From an uncultured Dictyoglomota bacterium (GTDB lineage: Bacteria > Dictyoglomota > Dictyoglomia > Dictyoglomales > Dictyoglomaceae), in contig CAZTGC010000003.1 in the NCBI GenBank assembly GCA_964612975.1, positions 140,724-204,723 on the forward strand: DNA of 64,000 bases, written 5' to 3'. Under the pieces are notes generated by a model. The model was not told the DNA's origin and did not search any database. It saw nothing but the letters and a program-made list of their open reading frames with translations. Made by a program: the position numbers and the translations under genes. Below are positions 28,138-36,846 of the stretch, piece by piece; the first letter of the stretch is position 1; each line of letters opens with the position of its first letter.

Positions 28138-28767
28138 ATGCCTACTCTTAACAAAGAAGATCTCGAACAGATAATACACATAGTAAAGGAATTAATAAAA
28201 CAGGAGATAGATACAAAATTTCCAATTTATTCGGAACTTATAGATCTAAAAGCTATAGTCAAAGAACTTGCAGAAGCCCAAAAAAGAACCGAGGATAGAC
28301 TAAACGCTCTTGCAGAAGTTCAAAAAAGAACTGAAGAAGAACTTCACAACTTAGCACTAATCCAAAAAGATTTGCAGAAACAAGTCGGAGGAATTTCACA
28401 TTCTGTAGGATTTGATTTAGAAAATCAGAGTTATAAAGCTCTTCCTGATCTTTTAAAAAGAGATTTTGAGATTGAAGTTAAAGAAAGGTTAATAAGAAAA
28501 TTCATAAAAACAAAAAAAGGAGAATCAATGGAGATCAATATTATTGGGAAGGCCGAAAAAGATGGAAAAGCATTATATATTGTAGGTGAAGCAAAGACAA
28601 ATTTATCTATAAGGCATATATGTGATTTTATAGATAAATTAAAAGATATAAAAGAAACATTAGGAGAAGAAATATTTCCTGTCATTGTTACCCATATGAC
28701 AGAACCAGAAGTAGAAGAATATGCTCTTAAAAATGGTATAAAAATCTATTATTCCTACGATTTTTGA
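28138..28767 (+). CDS. hypothetical protein: coiled-coil repeat (DUF3782-like) + PD-(D/E)XK-like C-terminal domain
   Basis: 209 aa. Tandem 14-aa repeat AEAQKRTEDRLNAL / AEVQKRTEEELHNL. The C-terminal EINIIG...YIVGEAK pattern is compatible with a restriction-endonuclease-like fold. Weak call. Confidence 0.4.
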   Translation: MPTLNKEDLEQIIHIVKELIKQEIDTKFPIYSELIDLKAIVKELAEAQKRTEDRLNALAEVQKRTEEELHNLALIQKDLQKQVGGISHSVGFDLENQSYKALPDLLKRDFEIEVKERLIRKFIKTKKGESMEINIIGKAEKDGKALYIVGEAKTNLSIRHICDFIDKLKDIKETLGEEIFPVIVTHMTEPEVEEYALKNGIKIYYSYDF

Positions 28768-29055
28768 TAAAACATATAAAATATTTAAAGAAACCTTCTA
28801 ATTAAAAGATCAATTTGAATTAAGCTTAATCTTTCTTATTATTTTGCTTGATTTTTAATTCTCTCAATAAAAATATTAGGAAAGATTACAGATTAGCTAA
28901 ATTATTTCTTTACAACTTTTAAAAATTAGCATAAATTATTCCTATAAAGAGGAGGTGAAAAAGAAAATTCAAAAGGTTCAAGCATAATGGGTAAATGGGA
29001 ATAATGTATGGTATAACCCAAAAAACCCTTGGAAAAAGTGATAAGGAGGCTTAAT

Positions 29056-29556
29056 ATGAAAGAAGTGATTAATATTATAAAATCACGGGTAAGCGTAAGG
29101 AATTATCTGGACAAAGAGATTCCAAAGGAAATTTTAGAAGATCTAATTGATTGTGCCCGCCTTGCTCCCTCGGGATATAATAGACAACCTTGGACATTTT
29201 TAGTAGTTACTGATAAAGAATTGAAGGAAAAGCTCTCAGAAATTTGCACCTACGGGAGATTTTTAAAGGAAGCAGGAGCAGGCATTCTTATATTTTGTGA
29301 GAAAGATGCTGAAACGGCATTAGAAGACGCCTGTGCAGCAACAGAAAATATTATAATATCCGCTCAGGCTTATGGGCTTGGAACTTGTTGGATAAATTCA
29401 TATAAAAAAGAACATTCTGAAGAAGTGAAAAGACTTGTTAATTGTCCCGATAATTTAGAGTTAATGGTCATATTAGCAGTGGGATATCCAAAGGAAATTC
29501 CTCAGAGACCAAAGAAAAGGGAATTATCAGAAGTATTAAGATGGCAAAGATTTTAA
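29056..29556 (+). CDS. nitroreductase family protein
   Basis: The track starts at TTG 29029, but ATG 29056 follows AAGGAGG. RVSVRNY...ARLAPSGYNRQPW is the family signature. Confidence 0.85.
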   Translation: MKEVINIIKSRVSVRNYLDKEIPKEILEDLIDCARLAPSGYNRQPWTFLVVTDKELKEKLSEICTYGRFLKEAGAGILIFCEKDAETALEDACAATENIIISAQAYGLGTCWINSYKKEHSEEVKRLVNCPDNLELMVILAVGYPKEIPQRPKKRELSEVLRWQRF

Positions 29557-29630
29557 TTTCTAGGTTAAGTAATTAGAAGATTCTATAAGATAAAAATTTG
29601 ACTTATCCTAGAAGATGGGAGGAAAAAAAT

Positions 29631-29944
29631 ATGAAGATTCAAAAATTTTATGGAAAACCTATAAAACCAATTATATGTGGTGGGAGAGGTGGGACATTTG
29701 ACAAAGATTCCTGAAGTTCAAGGAGAAGAAAAGCATTATATCTTTTCAAATTGGCAAGATGTGGAATTTCCCCTTTCCCGATGAGGATTGGATAAGGGGA
29801 TATCCTCACGAAATGAGAGATTTTATTGAATGTGTTTTATATAAAAGAGAACCCATCTCGGATTTTGAATTGGCAAAGGATACTTTAAAGGTAATATATG
29901 CAGGATATACATCTTCTGAGGAAGGAGTAAGGGTTTATCTATGA
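29631..29944 (+). pseudogene. relic of a Gfo/Idh/MocA oxidoreductase (Rossmann domain lost, remainder frameshifted)
   Basis: The last 61 codons (29759-29944) read WNFPFPDEDWIRGYPHEMRDFIECVLYKREPISDFELAKDTLKVIYAGYTSSEEGVRVYL, a typical Gfo/Idh/MocA C-terminus. Upstream pieces sit in two other frames (MKIQKFYGKP...*, VGHLTKIPEVQGEEKHYIFSNWQ..*). Confidence 0.55.
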
Positions 29945-31713
29945 AAAGGATTAAGGGGGATGTAATTGTAATTGGAGCTGGAGGTGCTGGGCTTAGAGCT
30001 TCCCTTTCCGCTTATGAAAAAAATCCCCATTTAAAAATTCTTCTCATCTCAAAAAACCCCATTGGTTTAGGTGGGGTCACTGCCAATGCTTTTTCAGATA
30101 GAATGGCCTTTCATGCTACTTTATCCTATACTTTACCTCCTGATGAAAATTATCTTCATCATGCTATGGATATTTATAGGATTGGAGGAGAAGTGTCTGA
30201 TTATAATTTAGCAGAGATCTTGGCTAAGAAAAGTGAATCTGCAATTAACTATTTAATATCAATTGGTGTTCCCTTTGTAAAAACCCCTGATGGAAAAATT
30301 GATCAGTTTCTTACCGATGGATCCTTTTATCCAAGAGCCTGTTATGTGGGACCTAATACATCTATCGAGATGACAAAAGCCTTAGCAAGAAAGGTGAAGG
30401 AAACAAGGGTTGAAATCTATGAAAATTTAATGGTTTACGATCTTATAATAAAACAAGATAGAGTAATTGGGGCTAAAGCTATAGATGTTAACACTCAAGA
30501 AAAATTTATTATTCAGGGAAAGGCATTTATATTAGCCGCAGGTGGAGCAGGAGAATTATATCACCAAAATGTTTTCACTTCTGAGATGACGGGTGATGGG
30601 TATGCAATGGCATTAAGAGCAGGAGCGGAACTTGTTAACATGGAATTTATGCAAATTGGTATATGTCATCCTCATATTTTATTTGCAGAATCAGGAAGTA
30701 TGTTTAGAGCTCTGCCTAAGATTGTGGATGAAAAGGGAAGGGAATTTTTATTGGATTATCTCTCAGAGGAAGATAAAAGGGATTTGTGTGTTTTGGAATT
30801 TAAAAAAGGAGCCCATTGGCCCATTTCCTTTGAGTCTCCTACTAAGTTAATTGACCTTAGTATTTATTATCATATGAAAAAGGGGCATAAAATATTTATG
30901 AACTTTATGGAAAATCCTTCCTATTTATCCTACGAGAATATTCCAGAAGAAATTTTAAAATGGAGTGAGAAGATTGGAAAGGAAATATTTAAGAATACAA
31001 AACCCTACGAAAGACTTCTGAAAATTAATTCTCAAATTGTAGAATGGCTAAGAAATTATGATATTGATCCTTCAAAGGATCCTATTCCCATTCAAAATTC
31101 TCTTCAGCATTTTCAAGGGGGAGTAAAAATAAAAGAGGATGCAGGAACAAATATAAAGGGACTTTTTGCAGTAGGAGAATGTGCAGGAGGACAACATGGA
31201 GCCAACCGTCCTGGAGGAAATTCCCTTTTGGATACCCAAGTATTTGGAGAAATTTCTGGTAAAAAAGCGGTAGAATATGCTGAAAACATAGATTTTATAG
31301 AAATTTCTGATACCAATGAAGAAGTTTCTTTAAAGGGTACTCCTGCTAAAATTGTGAGGGAAAAAATAAGGGATATAATTTCTCAATATGGATTTTTAGT
31401 AAGAATTGAGGAGGATATTAAAAGGGGTTTAAATGAGCTTAAAGAAATAAGAAAAGAGGGAGTATCCTTGGATGAAAATGGATTATCCTATTATTACGAA
31501 ACAATTAACATGTTAGATGTTGCAGAAGTAATTCTTAATGCTGTTTATATTAGAGATGAAAGTAGAGGTCCCCATTTAAGATTTAAAAGGTTTGAGCCCC
31601 CCATATTGGAGTTCCTTCCTAAAAATCCCAATTGGAATAAATATATTGTTTTTTACATGAGGTATGGCGAATTAAAATATGAGATAAGAGAACCTGTGAG
31701 GCCGAAGAATTAA
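29941..31713 (+). CDS. FAD-binding oxidoreductase (fumarate reductase/succinate dehydrogenase/L-aspartate oxidase flavoprotein-like)
   Basis: 590 aa. DVIVIGAGGAGLRASL dinucleotide fold, ILAAGGAG, GLFAVGECAGGQHGANRPGGNSLLD. No adjacent Fe-S subunit. Confidence 0.8.
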   Translation: MKRIKGDVIVIGAGGAGLRASLSAYEKNPHLKILLISKNPIGLGGVTANAFSDRMAFHATLSYTLPPDENYLHHAMDIYRIGGEVSDYNLAEILAKKSESAINYLISIGVPFVKTPDGKIDQFLTDGSFYPRACYVGPNTSIEMTKALARKVKETRVEIYENLMVYDLIIKQDRVIGAKAIDVNTQEKFIIQGKAFILAAGGAGELYHQNVFTSEMTGDGYAMALRAGAELVNMEFMQIGICHPHILFAESGSMFRALPKIVDEKGREFLLDYLSEEDKRDLCVLEFKKGAHWPISFESPTKLIDLSIYYHMKKGHKIFMNFMENPSYLSYENIPEEILKWSEKIGKEIFKNTKPYERLLKINSQIVEWLRNYDIDPSKDPIPIQNSLQHFQGGVKIKEDAGTNIKGLFAVGECAGGQHGANRPGGNSLLDTQVFGEISGKKAVEYAENIDFIEISDTNEEVSLKGTPAKIVREKIRDIISQYGFLVRIEEDIKRGLNELKEIRKEGVSLDENGLSYYYETINMLDVAEVILNAVYIRDESRGPHLRFKRFEPPILEFLPKNPNWNKYIVFYMRYGELKYEIREPVRPKN

Positions 31714-31715
31714 AT

Positions 31716-32804
31716 ATGAAGGCAAAAGCTGCTGTTTTAGAAGAATTTGGTAATCCTCTTGTTATACGATATTTTGATATTCCAGAACTTCCTCCCAAGG
31801 GAATTTTGGTGAGGATGGTAGCTTCTGGAGTTTGTGGGTCTGATTTACATATGATAGATGGAAAAGATTCTCGTGTTCCCTTGCCTATAATATTAGGCCA
31901 TGAAGGAATAGGGGAAGTTATAGAAATAAATGGAGAAAAGAGAGATTTAAACGGAGAGATTGTTAAAAAAGGAGATTTAGTTATATGGAATAGAGGAATT
32001 GTGTGTAGAGAGTGTTACTTTTGTCAAATAGCTAAAATGCCTTATTTATGTGAAAATAGAAAAATATATGGAATAAATCGTTCTTGTACCGAATATCCTT
32101 ATCTTCTGGGTTCATATAGTGAGTATATTATTTTAGAAGAAAAAACAGAGATAATGAAAGTATCTTCTAGAGTCGACCCTGCCGTAATGGTTATGGCAGG
32201 ATGTTCGGGAGCCACTGGAATTCATGCTATAGATTCTTTGCAAGATAACTTGCTTGATAAGACAGTAGTAGTACAAGGTGGGGGACCTCTTGGGATTTTT
32301 GTTTTAGTGCTTTCTAAACTTCTGGGAGCGAGGTATACTATACTAATTACGGGTAGTAATTTTAGAAAAAAGATAGTAGAGAAAATAGGAATAGATTTAA
32401 TTCTTGACAGAAATTTATCAGAAGAAGAGAAAATAAAGAAAATTTTAGAAATAACCTATAAAAAAGGAGCTGATTTAGTAATAGAGGCTACAGGATCAAA
32501 TAAAGCAATTTTAGAAGGAATAAAGATGCTTAGAAAAGGGGGTACCTATCTTATAGTAGGGGTTGCTACACCTGAAGAGAAGATTTCAGTAGATTTTTAT
32601 GATATTTCTTCGAAGAGTTTGATTATTAAAGGTATATGGGTAAGTGATACAGAACACCTTAAGAAGGCAGTAGTATTCATTGAGAAGTATGAGGATATAT
32701 TCAAACCTATAATTACCCACAGAATATCCTTAGAAGAGATAAATGAAGGGCTAAAATTAGTGAGGGAAAGAAAAGCAGTTAAAGTGGTTATAGATAAATT
32801 CTAA
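31716..32804 (+). CDS. zinc-binding medium-chain alcohol/polyol dehydrogenase
   Basis: 362 aa. GVCGSDLH, GHEGIGEV, structural-zinc Cys cluster CRECYFCQ...C, Rossmann VQGGGPLG. Confidence 0.85.
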   Translation: MKAKAAVLEEFGNPLVIRYFDIPELPPKGILVRMVASGVCGSDLHMIDGKDSRVPLPIILGHEGIGEVIEINGEKRDLNGEIVKKGDLVIWNRGIVCRECYFCQIAKMPYLCENRKIYGINRSCTEYPYLLGSYSEYIILEEKTEIMKVSSRVDPAVMVMAGCSGATGIHAIDSLQDNLLDKTVVVQGGGPLGIFVLVLSKLLGARYTILITGSNFRKKIVEKIGIDLILDRNLSEEEKIKKILEITYKKGADLVIEATGSNKAILEGIKMLRKGGTYLIVGVATPEEKISVDFYDISSKSLIIKGIWVSDTEHLKKAVVFIEKYEDIFKPIITHRISLEEINEGLKLVRERKAVKVVIDKF

Positions 32805-32822
32805 AAACTTAAGGAGAAATTT

Positions 32823-33917
32823 ATGATTGGGGAATTGGATAAGTTTGATCTTCAGAAATTCTGGGAAGAGAACGATTACTCCTTAGAAAATTTTAATAAT
32901 AAGATAAGAATTCCTATCTTTTACTGGCTTGATGATCACTTTTTGTTTGAATTCTTAAATGTGGAATCTACGATTAGATACTATACTGATTATGAGTATA
33001 GATTAAAGCTTCATAAAGAAGCAAATAAAAGATTAGAAAAGGTATTAGGTAGAAAATTTTACCCTGAGGATCCCATTGAACCACCATCTCCCAATAGATT
33101 TGAAGTTTTGATGGGAGCTAAATATGTGCTCACCGAGGGGGGAACCCCATGGCTTATTTCAGAAGTGGAAGATGTAAAGGATCTAAAGGAGTTGATAAAG
33201 AAGATGGAGAAAGTTGATATAAAAAAATCTGCTCTTCCCGAAGATTTTATGGAGAAAAAGGAAAATTATGAGAAAATATCAGGAAAGAAATTGAAACTGG
33301 GAAATTTTAGTAGAGGACCTGCAACTATGGCAACAAGTATTTTAGGAACAGAAAATACTTGTATTTTCATGATGGAAGAGGAAGATATTCTATTAGAGTT
33401 TTTTGAAATTTTATGTCAAAAGTTAATAGAGTACAATAAGGTATTAAGAGAGGCTACTGATAATAATGAATTTGGATATTCTATTGCTGATGATAATTGT
33501 TTTCTTTTTCCTCCTAAAAAATATTTGAAATTCTGTGCTCCCTTCTTGGAGAAGATATTTAAGGAATTCGCTCCTTTAGAGGAACATAAAAGATATCAAC
33601 ATTCTGATAGTAATATGAAGCATTTAATGAGTATTTTACATGATTTAGGAGTAAATGAGGTAAATTTTGGGCCTGAAATTCATCCTGAGGAAATAAGAAG
33701 AGCAATGCCAAAGACAAAAATTTATGGGCAGATGCCTCCTTTCACATTAAGAAATGGAAAACCCTATGAGATTATTGAAATTGTGAAAAGGGACATGAAG
33801 TTTTTAGGGGAAGATGGAAATTTTGTGGAGTGTACTGCAGGAAGTGTTCCAGGAGGAACTCCATTAGAAAATATCAAATTTTATATGTGGGCGGTGGAAA
33901 AATATTGCAGGTTATAA
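32823..33917 (+). CDS. hypothetical protein, possibly URO-D-like (uroporphyrinogen decarboxylase/methyltransferase fold)
   Basis: 364 aa. Only loose resemblance (GPATMATSILG...M.EE, ADDNCFL.PPK.Y..F..P, HSDSN...L) to URO-D/MtaA-type TIM barrels. Low-confidence family call. Confidence 0.35.
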   Translation: MIGELDKFDLQKFWEENDYSLENFNNKIRIPIFYWLDDHFLFEFLNVESTIRYYTDYEYRLKLHKEANKRLEKVLGRKFYPEDPIEPPSPNRFEVLMGAKYVLTEGGTPWLISEVEDVKDLKELIKKMEKVDIKKSALPEDFMEKKENYEKISGKKLKLGNFSRGPATMATSILGTENTCIFMMEEEDILLEFFEILCQKLIEYNKVLREATDNNEFGYSIADDNCFLFPPKKYLKFCAPFLEKIFKEFAPLEEHKRYQHSDSNMKHLMSILHDLGVNEVNFGPEIHPEEIRRAMPKTKIYGQMPPFTLRNGKPYEIIEIVKRDMKFLGEDGNFVECTAGSVPGGTPLENIKFYMWAVEKYCRL

Positions 33918-33924
33918 AATAAAA

Positions 33925-33947
33925 AGCCGGGGAGAGGTGCCCCGGCT
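33925..33947. terminator. bidirectional terminator hairpin between convergent genes
   Basis: AGCCGGGG-agaggtg-CCCCGGCT flanked by an A-run and a T/A-run. Confidence 0.7.
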
Positions 33948-33976
33948 TAAATAAGAGAAGGGATGGGTTTGTCTTT

Positions 33977-35294
33977 TTAGAATTTTGCAGATCCAGAAGC
34001 AATAAATCTAAGATAGGATAAATCAGGAGAAATATTTTGAATTTGCTCCCCAAGGACTGCAACATCAAGAGAGAATCCAAAAAGATTCAATCCAGCACCA
34101 ACAGATAAAGTTAATCCCCTTACTGCAAGTTCTGCTGACTTCGTTGGATCAAGCTCTTCTAATCTTATATTCCCGTAGGCTCCTGCCCTTAATGCAAGAA
34201 TGGGAAGAACCCAAAATTCTACTCCTGCACGTAGGGTTCCATATCTCCAGGTTTCTGGCTTGTTCCAATTCTCCTGACTAAAATTATAACTTAGATCAAA
34301 GTTTTCTAAATCTAATGCTAATTTAATCATACCCAAATCTATCGCAGCACCAAAATTAAAGAAGGAAGGAAGCTTAATGCCAGAATATACTTCCTGAGGT
34401 GGATTATAGGTCCACCAAGCATCCCAGTGGCCCCATACAAAGTCATCATGCCACATATAGTCTCTTATATAATTTATATTACTATAGGCATTTCTATAAA
34501 CTAATCCTACCTTTAAAAGAGCAAGATTTAGAATTGCCCCTAAATCCACAGTAAATCCATCAATACTGGCCCAATCGTAGGAATGAAATTGAGAATCCCA
34601 AGTATGATAGTTATCTTTCTCAGGATCATTTTCATACTCGCTTCCCGGAATAAATCTTCCACTTCCAAACCATATCCCATCAACCTTTCTTGATACTTCC
34701 CCTTTAATGTAGGTTAAGTTGACCCCAAGAGCTATTGGCCCAAATTTTGTTCCTGTTCCTAAGGAGAAGGTATCAAGCTTTGAGACATCTGTTACATCAG
34801 AGAACCAATCAAACTTCATAGGGTAAATATCGGGTGCATAGCTTGTCCAATACCCACCATCAGCCCTTGCCACAACTATAGGTGGTATAAAGGGTTTTTT
34901 ATATGCAACAGAAAGATTTGATAGAGCTAATGCTGCATAAAGGGGCTTGAAATTAAATTTATACTCATACTTAGGAGTTCCGCCTTCCCAGCCAACAAAT
35001 TCTTTACTTACTTCACCTAAAGTTAATACCGTTAAGTTTATATTTCTTACATATGCAAGCCCTGCAGGGTTATATTCCACAGAGGATGCATCATTGGCAG
35101 GCAAGGGCAGTTCCTGCTCCACCCATGCCAAGGAATCTTGCACTTCCTCCACTCATCCAGGGAAGGAAAAAGAAAAGATTAATAGGATATTTCTCTCCAG
35201 GTACAGGACGTTCTTCTATTTGAGCAAAGGATATTGTGAGAAGAAGAACAAGGGAAAGGATGCTTACCGTTAGAATCTTTAAAATCTTACTCAT
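33977..35294 (-). pseudogene. FadL/PorV-like outer-membrane beta-barrel gene interrupted by a 1-nt frameshift near 35099
   Basis: ORF 35294-35091 encodes signal peptide + ARFLGMGGAGTALA then CQ*. ORF 35152-33977 continues in the +1 frame with ANDASSVEYNPAGLAYV and ends in the aromatic SGSAKF. Removing one base at GCC-T-GCC restores ...GTALAANDASSVEYNPAGLA..., parallel to the paralog at 37823-38671. Confidence 0.7.
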
Positions 35295-35352
35295 CTTTGG
35301 ATACCTCCTTTTTCTTTATATTATTATACTACAATACTTTTGATTTCTTGTC

Positions 35353-35368
35353 TGTGATATAAATCACA
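35353..35368 (-). promoter_or_regulatory. CRP/FNR-type palindrome TGTGA-N6-TCACA upstream of the barrel gene
   Basis: A perfect TGTGATATAAATCACA. TATAAT (minus strand, 35328-35323) lies 24 nt downstream, which puts the palindrome centre near -42 to -44. Confidence 0.4.
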
Positions 35369-35374
35369 TATCCT

Positions 35375-35585
35375 TCAAAAATTAAAGTTCTCTTTCCTCA
35401 ATCTCATAAAAGATAAATTATCCTCAGTATATGCCCTGAGAATTTCATCTAAGATAGGATATGGGGTGAGAGAATCCTCATCCCTTTGATTTGGCCTTAA
35501 CTCCCCATGGAACCTTTGTTAAAATTGACTCAGGTATAATTTCCCTTTCTCTATTAATAAATCTTACTAATTCATAGAACATCAT
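35375..35585 (-). pseudogene. relic of the C-terminal part of NAD+ synthetase (nadE)
   Basis: Minus-strand pieces in two frames: [28 protein letters not shown]... and ...[29 protein letters not shown]. They resemble the NadE block v..La.yiN...iIP..i..k.PSAEL.p.Q.DeDsL.pY..LD.IL. There is no N-terminal domain. Confidence 0.45.
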
Positions 35586-35612
35586 CTAAGGTGGCTAAAC
35601 AGGCAAATACTT

Positions 35613-36833
35613 TTATCCCTTTTTTAGAGCTAAAATTCTTTCTTCTGGAGATGGATGGGAATAATGCCAAATCCTATATAATGGTAAGGGATTTAGATTT
35701 GCTAAATTTTCCTTTACCAATCTTTTAAGGGCACTTATTAAAGGCTCTTCTGTTTCCAAAAGCTCCTTTGAGAATTTATCTGCTGAATATTCAAATTTGC
35801 GAGATATGGCATTTATAATAGGGGTAATAAAATATGCAATAGATGAAATAAAGATAAAAGAGTAGACAATAATAGAAAAACTTTTTTCTACAGAGAAGGT
35901 ATAAGATATCAATGGAGATTTGTAAATAAGGAAAACAAAATAAATATATGCTATGTAGAATAATATGCTTAAAGCTATTATCTTGGGAATATGCTTTTTA
36001 ACATGATGCCCCAGTTCATGGGCAAGAACTGCTAAGATTTCATCATGGGTATAACTTAATATAGTATCAAAAAGGACAACCCTTCTTGAATTTCCAATTC
36101 CTGTAAGATATGCATTTACCTTTTTTGTTCTTCTTGATGCATCCATAACAAATATATTAGAGATTTTGAATTTTGCTTTTTCTAGAAGAGAAAGAATCTT
36201 ATTTTTTAATTCTTCATCCTCTAAGGGATAAAATTTATTAAATAGAGGGGCTATAACCATGGGATATAACCAGGAGATAAAAATTTCAAAAATGATAACA
36301 ACAAGAATAAATTTCCACCACCAATTGGGATCAACCTCTATTATCCATAAAAGAAGGTAAAGAAGGGGAACTCCTAAAATTATAGATATCATTATAGATT
36401 TAATTATATCGATAATAAAAACCTTAGGAGTTGTGGTATTAAATCCATACTTTTCCTCTATCACAAAGGTAGAGTATATGCTAAAGGGAAGAGAAACCAA
36501 AAAATTTATTAAACCAAAAATCCCAAAGAATAAAAGACCTTGAAAAATATAAGATTTTGAAAGGGAAGATACAAGTTTTTCAAAGTACGGAAATCCCCAA
36601 AGGATTAATATAATTGAAAGGATAATATCAATAATATGGGATATCACTCCTAAATTTGTTCTGTCTCTTAAATAATTTTTAGATTTCTCAAAATCCTCCT
36701 CACTTACTTTATCCCTAAATACCTCTGGAATTTTTACCCTTGCTGATGTGGAGTATTTATTATTCCATAGGGTAAGAATTAAATCCCATACTTCTTTAAT
36801 TAAGAAGACAAAAAGAAAAATATAAAGAAACAT
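35613..36833 (-). CDS. M48 family (Ste24/HtpX-like) zinc metalloprotease
   Basis: 406 aa. Multiple TM segments, HELGHHVKKH (HExxH) and a downstream E in FSADKF/EERI region. Confidence 0.85.
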   Translation of the reverse strand: MFLYIFLFVFLIKEVWDLILTLWNNKYSTSARVKIPEVFRDKVSEEDFEKSKNYLRDRTNLGVISHIIDIILSIILILWGFPYFEKLVSSLSKSYIFQGLLFFGIFGLINFLVSLPFSIYSTFVIEEKYGFNTTTPKVFIIDIIKSIMISIILGVPLLYLLLWIIEVDPNWWWKFILVVIIFEIFISWLYPMVIAPLFNKFYPLEDEELKNKILSLLEKAKFKISNIFVMDASRRTKKVNAYLTGIGNSRRVVLFDTILSYTHDEILAVLAHELGHHVKKHIPKIIALSILFYIAYIYFVFLIYKSPLISYTFSVEKSFSIIVYSFIFISSIAYFITPIINAISRKFEYSADKFSKELLETEEPLISALKRLVKENLANLNPLPLYRIWHYSHPSPEERILALKKG

Positions 36834-36846
36834 TGCAAAAATCCTC

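Noticed and set aside
28819-28830. 12-bp palindrome ATTAAGCTTAAT downstream of the orphan gene.
   Set aside because: It is short and AT-rich, occurs only once, and has no positional relationship to a promoter. It is likely chance.
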